Below are positions 19,385 through 28,552 of a stretch of DNA of 45,325 nt, piece by piece. Each line of letters opens with the position of its first letter. Positions within the stretch are counted from its first letter, which is position 1. Where the stretch lies: positions 1 through 45,325 of the forward strand of contig JAURMS010000132.1 of the NCBI GenBank assembly GCA_030830595.1, written 5' to 3'. This DNA is from Gammaproteobacteria bacterium (lineage in GTDB: Bacteria > Pseudomonadota > Gammaproteobacteria > Steroidobacterales > Steroidobacteraceae). A model generated the notes under the pieces. The model was not told where the DNA came from, ran no database searches, and worked only from the letters and a program-made list of their open reading frames with translations. A program made the translations under genes and the position numbers.

Positions 19385-20044
19385 TTAGTCGCGCTTCGCC
19401 TCCACCGGGATCCACACCTCGTTTCTCCGCATGAACCAGGGCTTGAACGGGGGATCGTAGCGAGCCAGCGTCGGCGGCCCGGCTGCAATCAGGCCACGAG
19501 CCGACAGTTCAGCCTCGAGCCTCCCCAGGGCCTCATCATAGTTCCGTTCGGTCCAGCGACCACCGTAGCGCAACACGGCCACCCGCCGCGCCGGCCACTC
19601 GCGTATCACCACCCGCTCATCGGTTGGGCGAGGCACCGTCGACGGTGTAAAGCGGGCCGGCACCACGAAGGCCACCCGCTGGATCGACCCGGCAGACTGC
19701 TGGGTCACGGGTGCGGTCATCTCGATTTTCTCGCCGGCTGACTGCTGGGTCACGGGAGCCGTCATGGCGATCTCGACCTGCCCGACGTTGGCCCCGCTGA
19801 TGTAACGGAACAAACGCCCGAAGGCGGCGTTCCCGGCCCGCTCGAAAGAAGCCTCCACCTCGGTTTCGGCCACCAGCACAGCCGGGTAATCGCGCAGCTC
19901 GAATCCCTCGTCTCGCTCCACTACCGCGTAGGCGGGTTCCTCGATGGCCATCGATGGCGTCGTCAGGGCGAAAAGCGCCAAGGCCGCACTCAGGCGGACG
20001 AGGTAGCGCCCGTGTTGAGCCGTGAGACGGTGGTGTCGATCCAT
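19385..20044 (-). CDS. SOUL/HBP-family heme-binding-like protein, secreted
   Basis: 219 aa. Signal peptide (...LALFALTTPSMA). Motifs EEPAY.V..R...FELRDYP, duplicated (I)xMTAPVTQQ, and a C-terminal YDPPF.PWFMRRNEVWIPV. Confidence 0.75.
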   Translation of the reverse strand: MDRHHRLTAQHGRYLVRLSAALALFALTTPSMAIEEPAYAVVERDEGFELRDYPAVLVAETEVEASFERAGNAAFGRLFRYISGANVGQVEIAMTAPVTQQSAGEKIEMTAPVTQQSAGSIQRVAFVVPARFTPSTVPRPTDERVVIREWPARRVAVLRYGGRWTERNYDEALGRLEAELSARGLIAAGPPTLARYDPPFKPWFMRRNEVWIPVEAKRD

Positions 20045-20718
20045 GCCTTGGCCTCCTCGTTCAACTCGCGCGGATCACGCCCCAATGTCTCGATGGGCGG
20101 ACCTATGACGACCCTGATAGTGCCGGCCCGCTTGAGCAGGCCTCTCCGACCCCAATACGTCCCGGCATCGTGAGCAACCGGGACTAATTTGGCTCCGGTC
20201 CGCGACGCCAGCAATGCCCCGGACAGGCCGTATTTACGATTCTCGCCGACGCGCGTGCGCGTGCCTTCCGGGAAGAGCAGGATCCAAAGCCCCTCCTTGA
20301 GGCGCGCGGCACCCTGCTCCACGACCTGGTTGACCGCTCGATGCCCGGCGCCGCGGTTGATGGCGATGGGGTGCATGGCGGCCACCCCCCAACCGATCAG
20401 GGGAATCCAGAGGATTTCCCGCTTCAGTACCCAGCACTGCGGCGGAAAGATCAGCATCTGCGCGAGCGTTTCCCAGGTGGAGGAATGCTTCCAGTAGGAA
20501 ATATGCGCGCCGTCGGTCGGCAGGTGTTCCCGGCCCTCTACCACGTAGTCGAGCCTGCACAGCCATCTAAGGAGCGACAGGTTGAGCCACGCCCAGGTCC
20601 GCGCCACGCGATGCCTGCCCGCAAGCCCAAAGGGCACCGCAAGCACCACCAACAACGCGAACAGGAAGGTGTCGAGGAACAGCAGCGTGGTGAACACCAG
20701 CGATCGAAGCCACTGCAT
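19990..20718 (-). CDS. plsC: 1-acyl-sn-glycerol-3-phosphate acyltransferase
   Basis: 242 aa. N-terminal TM, acyltransferase motifs KHSSTWE (HX4D/E variant) and FPEGTR. The 3' end overlaps the downstream SOUL ORF start by 55 nt. Confidence 0.8.
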   Translation of the reverse strand: MQWLRSLVFTTLLFLDTFLFALLVVLAVPFGLAGRHRVARTWAWLNLSLLRWLCRLDYVVEGREHLPTDGAHISYWKHSSTWETLAQMLIFPPQCWVLKREILWIPLIGWGVAAMHPIAINRGAGHRAVNQVVEQGAARLKEGLWILLFPEGTRTRVGENRKYGLSGALLASRTGAKLVPVAHDAGTYWGRRGLLKRAGTIRVVIGPPIETLGRDPRELNEEAKAWIDTTVSRLNTGATSSA

Positions 20719-20736
20719 GCGGCAACTCTCCCGGAA

Positions 20737-22872
20737 TCAGGCTTGCAGGCGGGACAGGTCCCCCACCCGAACGAATAATCTCTCGATGATCGCGAGAAGT
20801 CCCAGGCGATTGCGACGCACCGCCGTGCTGTCAGCCATGACCATTACGCCGTCGAAAAAGGCATCGACTGCGGGCCGCAGCGAAGCGAGACGGCGTAGGG
20901 CGGCGTCATAGCTGCGCGCCTCGAGCAGGGCCTCGACCTCCGGTCGCAGCCCCTCCAACGCAATCGCCAGCGCGCGTTCCGCCGGGTCCTCGAGCAGTGA
21001 CGCGTCAACTCGCGGTGGAATATCGTCATCCGCCTTGCGTAACAGGTTCGCGATACGCTTGTTGGCCGCAGTCAGGCTGGCCGCTTCTGGAAGCGCCACG
21101 AACGCCGAGAGCGCGTGCAGGCGGGTATCGAGGTCCAGTGGGGACCCTGGACGGCGTGCCAGCACGGCATCCAGCAGGTCACCGGACAACGCCGGCGCGG
21201 CCTCGACGTAATAACCCCTCAGCCGCTCCATGACGTAGTCGTACACCTCTGCCGCAACCGGGTCCGTCTCCGGAAGGGCGCGAAAGGTGCCAGTGGTCAC
21301 CACGATATCGGCGGTTCCCTCGCCAAGGCGCATATCGGCACGCACCGCGGACAGCGCAGTGTCGATCAGGGACACCAGGTCGACCTCTATGCGCTGCTCG
21401 ATCAGGATTCTCAGCAGGCCGAGTGCGGCCCGCCGCAACCCATACGGATCCTTGGTGCCGGTAGGCTTCTCGCCGGCCGCAAAAATCCCCACCAGGGTGT
21501 CGAGCCGATCGGCCAGCGCGAGGCTCGAGCCCGCCGGCGTGGCCGGCAGGCGATCACCTGCAAAGCGCGGCAGGTACTGTTCTTCCAGGGCGCTCGCCAC
21601 CTCCGGAGCCTCACCGGCGGCGGCGGCATAGTAGCGCCCCATGGTGCCCTGCAGTTCCGGAAACTCGCCGACCATGGCCGTGAGGAGGTCGCACTTGGCC
21701 AGCTCGGCAGCACGCCGCGCGACGGCTGGATCCGCACCGGTAGCAGCGGCCAGCTGTTCAGCCAGGGCCTCGACCCGGCGCGTCCTCTGCAGTTGCGAAC
21801 CCAGTTTCCGGTGATAGGTGACCGCTGCCAGTTCCTCGCGGCGTTCCGCCAGGGATCGCTTGAGGTCGCTATCCCAGAAAAACGCCGCGTCGCTCAGGCG
21901 AGGCCGCACCACCCGCTCGTTGCCGGCGCGCACCTGGGCGGTATCGCGGCTCTCGATGTTGCTGACCGTGATGAAGCGCGAGGTCAGTCGCCCATCGGCA
22001 TCACGCACGGGAAAGTAGCGCTGATGGTCCCGCACGGTGGCGATCACCACTTCTTCCGGCAGGCGCAGGAAGGATTCTTCGAAGCGGCCGGCAACCGGCA
22101 CCGGCCACTCGACCAGTGCGGTGACCTCATCGAGCAGGTCGCCCGGGAGCAAGGCGGTCCCGCCGAGCTCGGCTGCAAGCGACGAGACGCCGTCCAGGAT
22201 CAGCTTCCTGCGTCGCGCCGCAGAAGCCACGACCTTGCCGACCGACTCCAGCCGACCTTCATAGGTCGTGGGCGTGACCTTGATCTCTCCCGGCGCATGG
22301 AAGCGGTGACCACGGCTGCGATCACTCGCCTGGATGCCGAACAAGGCACAGTCGATCACTTGCTGGCCGTGGAGCATCACGACCCAGTGCACCGGGCGGA
22401 CGAACTCCGCTTCGCCCGCGCCCCAGCGCATCCGCCTGGCGATCGGCAAGCGATCAAGCGCCTGTTGAACGAGGCCGGGCAGCACCTCTGCGGCAGGCAG
22501 ACCGGGCTTCACGCCTGAGTAATGCAGGAAGACTCCCTTGGGCTCCTCGACCCGACCGAGTTGGTCGAGGTGGACGCCACAGGATTCAGCGAAGGCCAGC
22601 GCGGCACGGGTGGGTTGGCCATTGGTGTCGAAGGCAGCCGTGACCGGCGGCCCCTTGCGGGCGATCTTCTGGTCGGCCTGCCGGGCGGCAAGGCGCTTGA
22701 CGACCAGCGCCAGGCGGCGCGGCGTGGCGAAAGGCTCGATGTCTCCGTGGGTCAGGGAAGCACCCGTCAGGGCGCTGCCGAGGCCCTCAGCGAAGGCGGC
22801 CGACAAGGCGGCAAGCGACCCAGGTGGCAACTCCTCGGTGCCGATCTCGACGAGGAAATCGCGGGCCCTCAT
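20737..22872 (-). CDS. glyS: Glycine--tRNA ligase beta subunit
   Basis: 711 aa. [17 protein letters not shown]..., full-length collinearity with GlyS. The start overlaps the glyQ stop (ATGA). Confidence 0.95.
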   Translation of the reverse strand: MRARDFLVEIGTEELPPGSLAALSAAFAEGLGSALTGASLTHGDIEPFATPRRLALVVKRLAARQADQKIARKGPPVTAAFDTNGQPTRAALAFAESCGVHLDQLGRVEEPKGVFLHYSGVKPGLPAAEVLPGLVQQALDRLPIARRMRWGAGEAEFVRPVHWVVMLHGQQVIDCALFGIQASDRSRGHRFHAPGEIKVTPTTYEGRLESVGKVVASAARRRKLILDGVSSLAAELGGTALLPGDLLDEVTALVEWPVPVAGRFEESFLRLPEEVVIATVRDHQRYFPVRDADGRLTSRFITVSNIESRDTAQVRAGNERVVRPRLSDAAFFWDSDLKRSLAERREELAAVTYHRKLGSQLQRTRRVEALAEQLAAATGADPAVARRAAELAKCDLLTAMVGEFPELQGTMGRYYAAAAGEAPEVASALEEQYLPRFAGDRLPATPAGSSLALADRLDTLVGIFAAGEKPTGTKDPYGLRRAALGLLRILIEQRIEVDLVSLIDTALSAVRADMRLGEGTADIVVTTGTFRALPETDPVAAEVYDYVMERLRGYYVEAAPALSGDLLDAVLARRPGSPLDLDTRLHALSAFVALPEAASLTAANKRIANLLRKADDDIPPRVDASLLEDPAERALAIALEGLRPEVEALLEARSYDAALRRLASLRPAVDAFFDGVMVMADSTAVRRNRLGLLAIIERLFVRVGDLSRLQA

Positions 22873-23783
22873 GGCTTGCTGCTCGCCATGGGAAAGCCCA
22901 GCGACTCACGTGACTGGTAGTAGGCCTCGGCGACCCCACGGGCAAGTCCACGGACCCGGAGGATGTAGCGCTGTCTCTCCGTGACCGAAATGGCGCGCCG
23001 CGCGTCCAGCAGGTTGAAGGTGTGAGAACCCTTCAGCATCTGCTCGTAGGCGGGCAGTGCCAGGCCCAGTTCGAGCAGGCGCTTGCATTCGGCCTCGTGC
23101 GCCTCGAACCGGCGAAACAGCTCGACCGTATCGGCCTGCTCGAAGTTGTACTTCGATTGCTCGACCTCGTTCTGGTGATAGATGTCCCCGTAGGTCACGC
23201 GGCCGAGCGGCCCGTCGCTCCATACCAGGTCGTAGGCACTGTCCACGCCCTGCAGGTACATGGCCAATCGCTCGAGACCGTAGGTGATTTCGCCCATCAC
23301 CGGGCGGCAATCCAGCCCGCCGACCTGCTGGAAGTACGTGAACTGCGTGACCTCCATGCCGTTCAGCCAGATCTCCCAGCCCAGGCCCCAGGCGCCCAGG
23401 GTCGGCGACTCCCAGTTGTCTTCCACGAGGCGAATGTCGTGGGTGAGGGGATCGAAGCCGAGCGCCCTGAGCGAACCGAGATAGCGTTCGATGATGTCGT
23501 CCGGGGAAGGCTTGAGCACCACCTGAAACTGGAAATAGTGCTGCAGCCGGAAAGGGTTTTCGCCATAACGACCATCGGTGGGCCGCCGGCTGGGTTGCAC
23601 ATAGGCCGCGCTCCACGGTTCCGGGCCCACCGCCCGCAGGAAGGTCGCGGCGTGGAAGGTACCGGCCCCCATCTCGAGGTCGTAGGGCTCGAGAATGACG
23701 CAGCCCTGCTCTGCCCAGTAGCGCTTGAGCGCGAAGACCAGGTCCTGGAAGGTGCGAGGCGGGGTGGGGGCCTGTTTGGGCAT
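22869..23783 (-). CDS. glyQ: Glycine--tRNA ligase alpha subunit
   Basis: Internal ATG at 23783 gives 304 aa ([43 protein letters not shown]...). The longer track ORF adds 66 non-homologous residues. Confidence 0.93.
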   Translation of the reverse strand: MPKQAPTPPRTFQDLVFALKRYWAEQGCVILEPYDLEMGAGTFHAATFLRAVGPEPWSAAYVQPSRRPTDGRYGENPFRLQHYFQFQVVLKPSPDDIIERYLGSLRALGFDPLTHDIRLVEDNWESPTLGAWGLGWEIWLNGMEVTQFTYFQQVGGLDCRPVMGEITYGLERLAMYLQGVDSAYDLVWSDGPLGRVTYGDIYHQNEVEQSKYNFEQADTVELFRRFEAHEAECKRLLELGLALPAYEQMLKGSHTFNLLDARRAISVTERQRYILRVRGLARGVAEAYYQSRESLGFPMASSKP

Positions 23784-23866
23784 GAGCTTGGGCGGCGGCC
23801 GTTCGGCGGGGGCCGAAGTATAGCCAAGCCGCACCGCCGACTGGGCTGGGATGGTCGCGCCCCAAT

Positions 23867-23914
23867 CGCACCGATTTAGGGCATTATTCGGAATTAGGCA
23901 CCCAAAATGGTGCA
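23867..23914. promoter_or_regulatory. Two candidate NtrC-binding (UAS) sites upstream of glnA
   Basis: GCACCCAAAATGGTGCA at 23898-23914 has a perfect TGGTGCA half-site, with the left half offset by 1 nt. CGCACCGATTTAGGGCA at 23867-23883 has about 4 mismatches to TGCACCA-N3-TGGTGCA. The centres are about 31 bp apart and about 95 and 125 bp upstream of the predicted sigma-54 start. Confidence 0.45.
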
Positions 23915-23975
23915 TCAAAGCGAATTCCATACGCCAGGATAGACGCAACTCATTGTTTTTAATGATATGCGAGGC

Positions 23976-23991
23976 TGGCATGGCTCATGCA
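23976..23991 (+). promoter_or_regulatory. Sigma-54 (-24/-12) promoter candidate for glnA
   Basis: TGGCATGGCTCATGCA compared with consensus TGGCACG-N4-TTGCW. The GG and GC dinucleotides have correct spacing, there are 2 mismatches, and it lies about 40 nt upstream of the glnA ATG. Confidence 0.6.
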
Positions 23992-24031
23992 CCAAGATAG
24001 ATCCAGGCCCATTCCCAACCGGAGACCGATG

Positions 24032-25441
24032 ATGACCCCCGCCGATGTAATCAAGCTGATCAAAGACAAGGAAGCCGCCTACGTCGACCTGCGTTTCACC
24101 GACACGCGCGGCAAGGAACAGCACGTCACCATTCCCTCTCGCTATGTCGACGAGGATTTCTTCACCGACGGCAAGATGTTCGATGGCTCCTCCATCGCCG
24201 GCTGGAAGGGCATCAACGAGTCGGACATGATCCTGATGCCCGACGCCTCCACGGCCATCGTCGATCCATTCTTCGAGCAGCGGACCGTTAACCTTCGTTG
24301 CGACGTCATCGAACCCTCCACCATGCAGGGTTACGAGCGTGATCCCCGCTCCCTGGGCAAGCGAGCCGAGGCGTACCTGAAGTCCACCGGCATCGCCGAC
24401 ACCGCCCTGTTCGGACCGGAAAACGAGTTCTTCGTGTTCGATACCGCCAAGTGGGGCGCAAGCATGAACGGCAGCTTTGCCGAGGTCGACTCGATCCAGG
24501 GCGCCTGGAATTCCTCACTCGAACTGGACGGCATGAACCGCGGCCATCGCCCAGGCGTCAAGGGCGGCTACTTCCCGGTACCGCCGGTCGATGCCTTCCA
24601 GGACATCCGCACCGCCATGTGCATGGCCTGCGAGGAACTGGGCCTGGTGGTCGAGGTGCATCACCATGAGGTCGCGACCGGTGGCCAGTGTGAAATCGGC
24701 ATCGGCGCCAATACCCTGGTGAAGAAGGCTGACGAGGTGCAAATCCTGAAGTACGCCGTGCTGAACGTTGCCCACGGCTACGGCAAGACGGCCACCTTCA
24801 TGCCCAAGCCGCTGGTCGGAGACAATGGCAGCGGCATGCACGTGCACCAGTCCCTGGCGAAGGATGGCAAGAACATCTTCGCAGGCGACAAGTATGCCGG
24901 CCTGTCCGAGACCTGCCTGTACTACATCGGCGGCATCATCAAGCACGCACGCGCCCTGAACGCCTTCACCAACGCCAGCACCAACAGCTACAAGCGCCTG
25001 GTGCCGGGCTTCGAAGCGCCGGTCATGCTGGCCTATTCGGCGCGCAACCGCTCTGCCTCCATCCGTGTGCCTTTCGTCAACAGCCCGAAGGCTCGGCGCA
25101 TCGAGGTGCGCTTCCCGGATTCCACCGCCAACCCGTACTTCGCCTTCGCCGCGATGATGATGGCGGGCCTCGATGGCATCCAGAACAAGATCCATCCCGG
25201 CGACCCGGCCGACAAGGACCTCTACGACCTGGAGCCGGAGGAGGCCAAGGACATCCCCACCGTGTGCCACGCCCTGGACATGGCCCTCGAGTCGCTGGAC
25301 CAGGACCGCGAGTTCCTCAAGCGCGGTGGCGTGTTCACCGACGACGTGATCGATGCGTACATCGGCCTGAAGATGCAGGAAGTCACCCGCCTGCGCATGA
25401 CCACGCATCCGATCGAATACGAGATGTACTACAGCGTCTGA
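24032..25441 (+). CDS. glnA: Glutamine synthetase type I
   Basis: ATG at 24032 has GGAG 7 nt upstream (an adjacent ATG at 24029 is also possible) and gives 469 aa. Motifs ...[15 protein letters not shown]..., an adenylylation-site region (...NLYDLPPEE-like 'DLYDLEPEE') and full-length GlnA collinearity. Confidence 0.95.
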   Translation: MTPADVIKLIKDKEAAYVDLRFTDTRGKEQHVTIPSRYVDEDFFTDGKMFDGSSIAGWKGINESDMILMPDASTAIVDPFFEQRTVNLRCDVIEPSTMQGYERDPRSLGKRAEAYLKSTGIADTALFGPENEFFVFDTAKWGASMNGSFAEVDSIQGAWNSSLELDGMNRGHRPGVKGGYFPVPPVDAFQDIRTAMCMACEELGLVVEVHHHEVATGGQCEIGIGANTLVKKADEVQILKYAVLNVAHGYGKTATFMPKPLVGDNGSGMHVHQSLAKDGKNIFAGDKYAGLSETCLYYIGGIIKHARALNAFTNASTNSYKRLVPGFEAPVMLAYSARNRSASIRVPFVNSPKARRIEVRFPDSTANPYFAFAAMMMAGLDGIQNKIHPGDPADKDLYDLEPEEAKDIPTVCHALDMALESLDQDREFLKRGGVFTDDVIDAYIGLKMQEVTRLRMTTHPIEYEMYYSV

Positions 25442-25468
25442 AGCCCCAAAGCGGGTATCCTTGGATGC

Positions 25469-26047
25469 ATGCGGATCGTCTTGACGCTCGCCATGATGAG
25501 TCTCCTGGGCCCTGCCGGGGCCCAGGAGATCTATCGCTGGGTGGACGAGGCCGGGGTGGTGCACTACGCCGACCAGCCGGGCGACGATTCCGCGGAGCAG
25601 GTCTTTCTTCCCGGCCAGGGCGCACAACCGGCAACTCCGCCTCCGGCGCCGTCCTTCCAGCCGCCGCCCGTACGCGCCCGGCAGTCCGGGGCAGGGCAGG
25701 CGACCTACCAGTCGCTGCAGTTCGACGAACCAGCTGCCGAGGCCACCTTCTTCGGCGGCAACGTCAGCGTGAACGTAAGCCTCAGCCTCCGGCCGACCTT
25801 GCAGGCGGGGCATACCGTGGCCATCTTCGTGGACGGCCGGCGCGCACCGGGCGACGGGCTGGCGACCACGCTGACAGGCCTGGACCGGGGCACCCACGTC
25901 CTGCGGGCTGCGGTGCTCGACCGTTCCGGGCGGGAATTGTTTGCCTCGCCTTCTATCAATATCTACGTACGCCAACCCTCGGTCGCGACACCCGCCACGG
26001 CGCGCCCCCCGCGGCCTCCCACACCGCCCTCGGCGCCGAGGGGCTGA
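25469..26047 (+). CDS. DUF4124-domain secreted protein
   Basis: 192 aa. Signal peptide MRIVLTLAMMSLLGPAGAQ, then IYRWVDEAGVVHYADQP (the DUF4124 hallmark), a Pro-rich linker and a beta-rich C-terminal domain. Confidence 0.65.
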   Translation: MRIVLTLAMMSLLGPAGAQEIYRWVDEAGVVHYADQPGDDSAEQVFLPGQGAQPATPPPAPSFQPPPVRARQSGAGQATYQSLQFDEPAAEATFFGGNVSVNVSLSLRPTLQAGHTVAIFVDGRRAPGDGLATTLTGLDRGTHVLRAAVLDRSGRELFASPSINIYVRQPSVATPATARPPRPPTPPSAPRG

Positions 26048-26084
26048 AGCCCACAGGTCTCGCGCCCGCGGAGACCGCCTCCTG

Positions 26085-27173
26085 ATGGCGGCCGTGATGC
26101 ATGCCGAGATGGCCACGCTGCTGGACACGCTGAGCACCGCCATCGTCGTCACCGGCGCCACCGGCGGCATGACCTCCCTCAACCTGTCCGCCGAAGACCT
26201 GCTGGCCACCAGCACCATGGCAGCCCGCGGCAAGCGCTTTGCAGACCTGCTGGCCGGCGGTGAGGACGTAGACGAGCTGATAGCCCGGGCGCGTGCCGGT
26301 GGTGAGGCACTGGTACGACGCGAGTGTGAACTGATCCCCTTGTCACGCGCGGGCTCACGCTACCTGGTGGACTGCACCGTGACGCCGATGGCGCAGGGCG
26401 CCATCGTCGAGATGAACGACATGACGCGCCAGTCGCGCCTGACGCGCGAAACGGCCTTGCTTGCACAGCTCGGCGGCAGCCGGCGCATGGCTCGGCAGCT
26501 GGCGCATGAAATCAAGAATCCGCTCGGTGGCTTGCGGGGTGCTGCACAGCTTCTCGAACGCCAGCTCCCCGACCCGGCCTTGCAGGAATACACCCGAATC
26601 ATCATCGGCGAGGCGGATCGCCTGTGTACCCTCGTGGACAGCCTGGTGGGTCCGCTGCGTCCCCTCCACCTCGAGGCCGTGAACATCCACGAGTTGCTCG
26701 ATCGCGTGTACCGACTGGTATCCGCCGAAGCCGATGCCGGCATTGAAGTGAAGCGCGACTATGACCCGAGCCTGCCAATGATGCGCCTCGACCGCGACCA
26801 GTTGGTCCAGGCCATGCTGAACCTTGGGCGGAACGCCATCCAGGCGCTTGGCAACCGGGGCCGTCTGGTCCTGCGCACCCGCGCGTTGACGGGCGCCACC
26901 ATCGGTGCGCGACGCCATCGGGTGGTGGCCGCCATCCAGTTCGAGGACGATGGACCCGGCGTGCCTCCGGAGTTGCGGGAAACCCTGTTCTATCCGCTGG
27001 TGACGGGCCGAGCGGCCGGCACCGGACTGGGGCTGGCGGTGGCGCAGGACATCGCAACGCGCCATCAGGGCATTGTCGAATTTGATAGCCGACCCGGCCG
27101 CACGGTGTTCTCGATGCTCGTGCCGATCATCCAGACCCATGGTGAAGTGACGAGCGATGAATCGGCAGCTTGA
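26085..27173 (+). CDS. ntrB: Nitrogen regulation sensor histidine kinase NtrB
   Basis: ATG at 26085 gives 362 aa. N-terminal PAS, H-box LAHEIKNPLGGLRGAAQLL, and N/G boxes (LNLGRNAIQA, DDGPGVP, GTGLGLAV). Confidence 0.88.
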   Translation: MAAVMHAEMATLLDTLSTAIVVTGATGGMTSLNLSAEDLLATSTMAARGKRFADLLAGGEDVDELIARARAGGEALVRRECELIPLSRAGSRYLVDCTVTPMAQGAIVEMNDMTRQSRLTRETALLAQLGGSRRMARQLAHEIKNPLGGLRGAAQLLERQLPDPALQEYTRIIIGEADRLCTLVDSLVGPLRPLHLEAVNIHELLDRVYRLVSAEADAGIEVKRDYDPSLPMMRLDRDQLVQAMLNLGRNAIQALGNRGRLVLRTRALTGATIGARRHRVVAAIQFEDDGPGVPPELRETLFYPLVTGRAAGTGLGLAVAQDIATRHQGIVEFDSRPGRTVFSMLVPIIQTHGEVTSDESAA

Positions 27174-28551
27174 CGTCTGGGTTGTCGACGACGACGCATC
27201 CATCCGGTGGGTACTGGAGAAGGCCCTGCGCCAGGCTGGGATGCGTCCGCGCACCTTCGAACAGGCCGGCGAGGTCACCACGGCGCTGTCTCGCTCGGCC
27301 CCCGACGTGCTGATCACCGACATTCGCATGCCCGGCCAGAGCGGGCTGAAACTGCTGGAGGGCGTGCGCGACAGTCACCCCGTGCTGCCGGTGATCGTCA
27401 TGACCGCCCACTCCGACCTCGACTCAGCAGTAGCCGCCTACCAGGGTGGCGCCTTTGAATACCTGCCAAAACCCTTCGACATCGATCAGGCGATCGACCT
27501 GGTCAGGCGAGCAGCGTCCGTACAGCCTGCACCAGCCGGCATCCCCAGCGCGACGGTCCGGATGCCAGAGATGCTCGGTCAGGCGCCTGCAATGCAGGAA
27601 GTGTTCCGCGCCATCGGCCGCCTGTCGCGTTCCAGCATGACGGTGCTCGTGACCGGTGAATCCGGAACCGGCAAGGAACTGGTGGCCAGGGCGCTGCATC
27701 GGCACAGCCCGCGCTCAGAGGGGCCGTTCATTGCCCTCAACACCTCTGCCTTCACAGCCGAACTGCTGGAATCCGAACTGTTCGGACACGAGAAGGGTGC
27801 CTTCACCGGTGCGGACGCCCAGCGCCGTGGCCGCTTCGAGCAGGCCCATGGCGGAACCCTGTTCCTGGATGAAATCGGCGACATGTCCCTCGCGCTCCAG
27901 ACGCGGCTGCTGCGGGTGTTGGCCGAAGGCGAGTACTACCGGGTTGGTGGCAGTCAGCCGGTCCGGGTCGACGTGCGGGTGATTGCTGCCACCCACCAGG
28001 ATCTTGAGCAGCGTGTGCAGGCCGGCCTGTTCCGCGAGGACCTGCTGCACCGGCTCAACGTGATACGCATCTCCATCCCGCCCCTGCGCGAGCGACGCGA
28101 GGATATCGGGGAACTGTTGAGCTATTACCTCGGTGCGGCGGCTGCGGAACTGGGGGTCGAGGCCAAGACCCTGAGTTCGGAAGCCGAGCAACTGCTCACC
28201 GCCTTCGACTGGCCGGGTAACGTCCGGCAACTCGTCAACGCCACCCGCCGAATGATGGTCACTGCGCCGGGACGCCAAATCACCGCGGCCGACGTTCCGG
28301 CAGAGATTGGCGGCACGACCGCGGAGCCCGCCACGCTCACCTGGTCAAGGGAACTCGACAGCTGGGCGCGCCGACACCTGGCGGGTAGTGAAGAACCGCT
28401 GCTCGATGTCGCGGTACCTGAATTTGAGCGGATACTGATCCGTGCCGCCCTGGCCCGATCGGGTGGCCGGCGTCAGGATGCAGCCAGGCTGCTGGGCTGG
28501 GGTCGCAACACGCTGACCCGCAAACTGCGGGAGCTGGGGATGGAGGACTGA
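27157..28551 (+). CDS. ntrC: Nitrogen regulation response regulator NtrC (sigma-54 activator)
   Basis: 464 aa. REC (VWVVDDDASIRWVL...DIRMPG), AAA+ (GESGTGKE, GAFTGA, ESELFGHEKGAFTGA) and a C-terminal HTH (AARLLGWGRNTLTRKLRELG). Overlaps ntrB by 17 nt. Confidence 0.92.
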   Translation: MNRQLDVWVVDDDASIRWVLEKALRQAGMRPRTFEQAGEVTTALSRSAPDVLITDIRMPGQSGLKLLEGVRDSHPVLPVIVMTAHSDLDSAVAAYQGGAFEYLPKPFDIDQAIDLVRRAASVQPAPAGIPSATVRMPEMLGQAPAMQEVFRAIGRLSRSSMTVLVTGESGTGKELVARALHRHSPRSEGPFIALNTSAFTAELLESELFGHEKGAFTGADAQRRGRFEQAHGGTLFLDEIGDMSLALQTRLLRVLAEGEYYRVGGSQPVRVDVRVIAATHQDLEQRVQAGLFREDLLHRLNVIRISIPPLRERREDIGELLSYYLGAAAAELGVEAKTLSSEAEQLLTAFDWPGNVRQLVNATRRMMVTAPGRQITAADVPAEIGGTTAEPATLTWSRELDSWARRHLAGSEEPLLDVAVPEFERILIRAALARSGGRRQDAARLLGWGRNTLTRKLRELGMED

Positions 28552-28552
28552 G

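Noticed and set aside
21115-22518. 467-aa + strand ORF opposite glyS
   Set aside because: Antisense artefact. glyS on the minus strand is collinear with known GlyS over 711 aa.
24515-26233. 572-aa minus-strand ORF opposite glnA and the DUF4124 gene
   Set aside because: Antisense artefact. No motifs, and it spans an intergenic gap of the sense genes.
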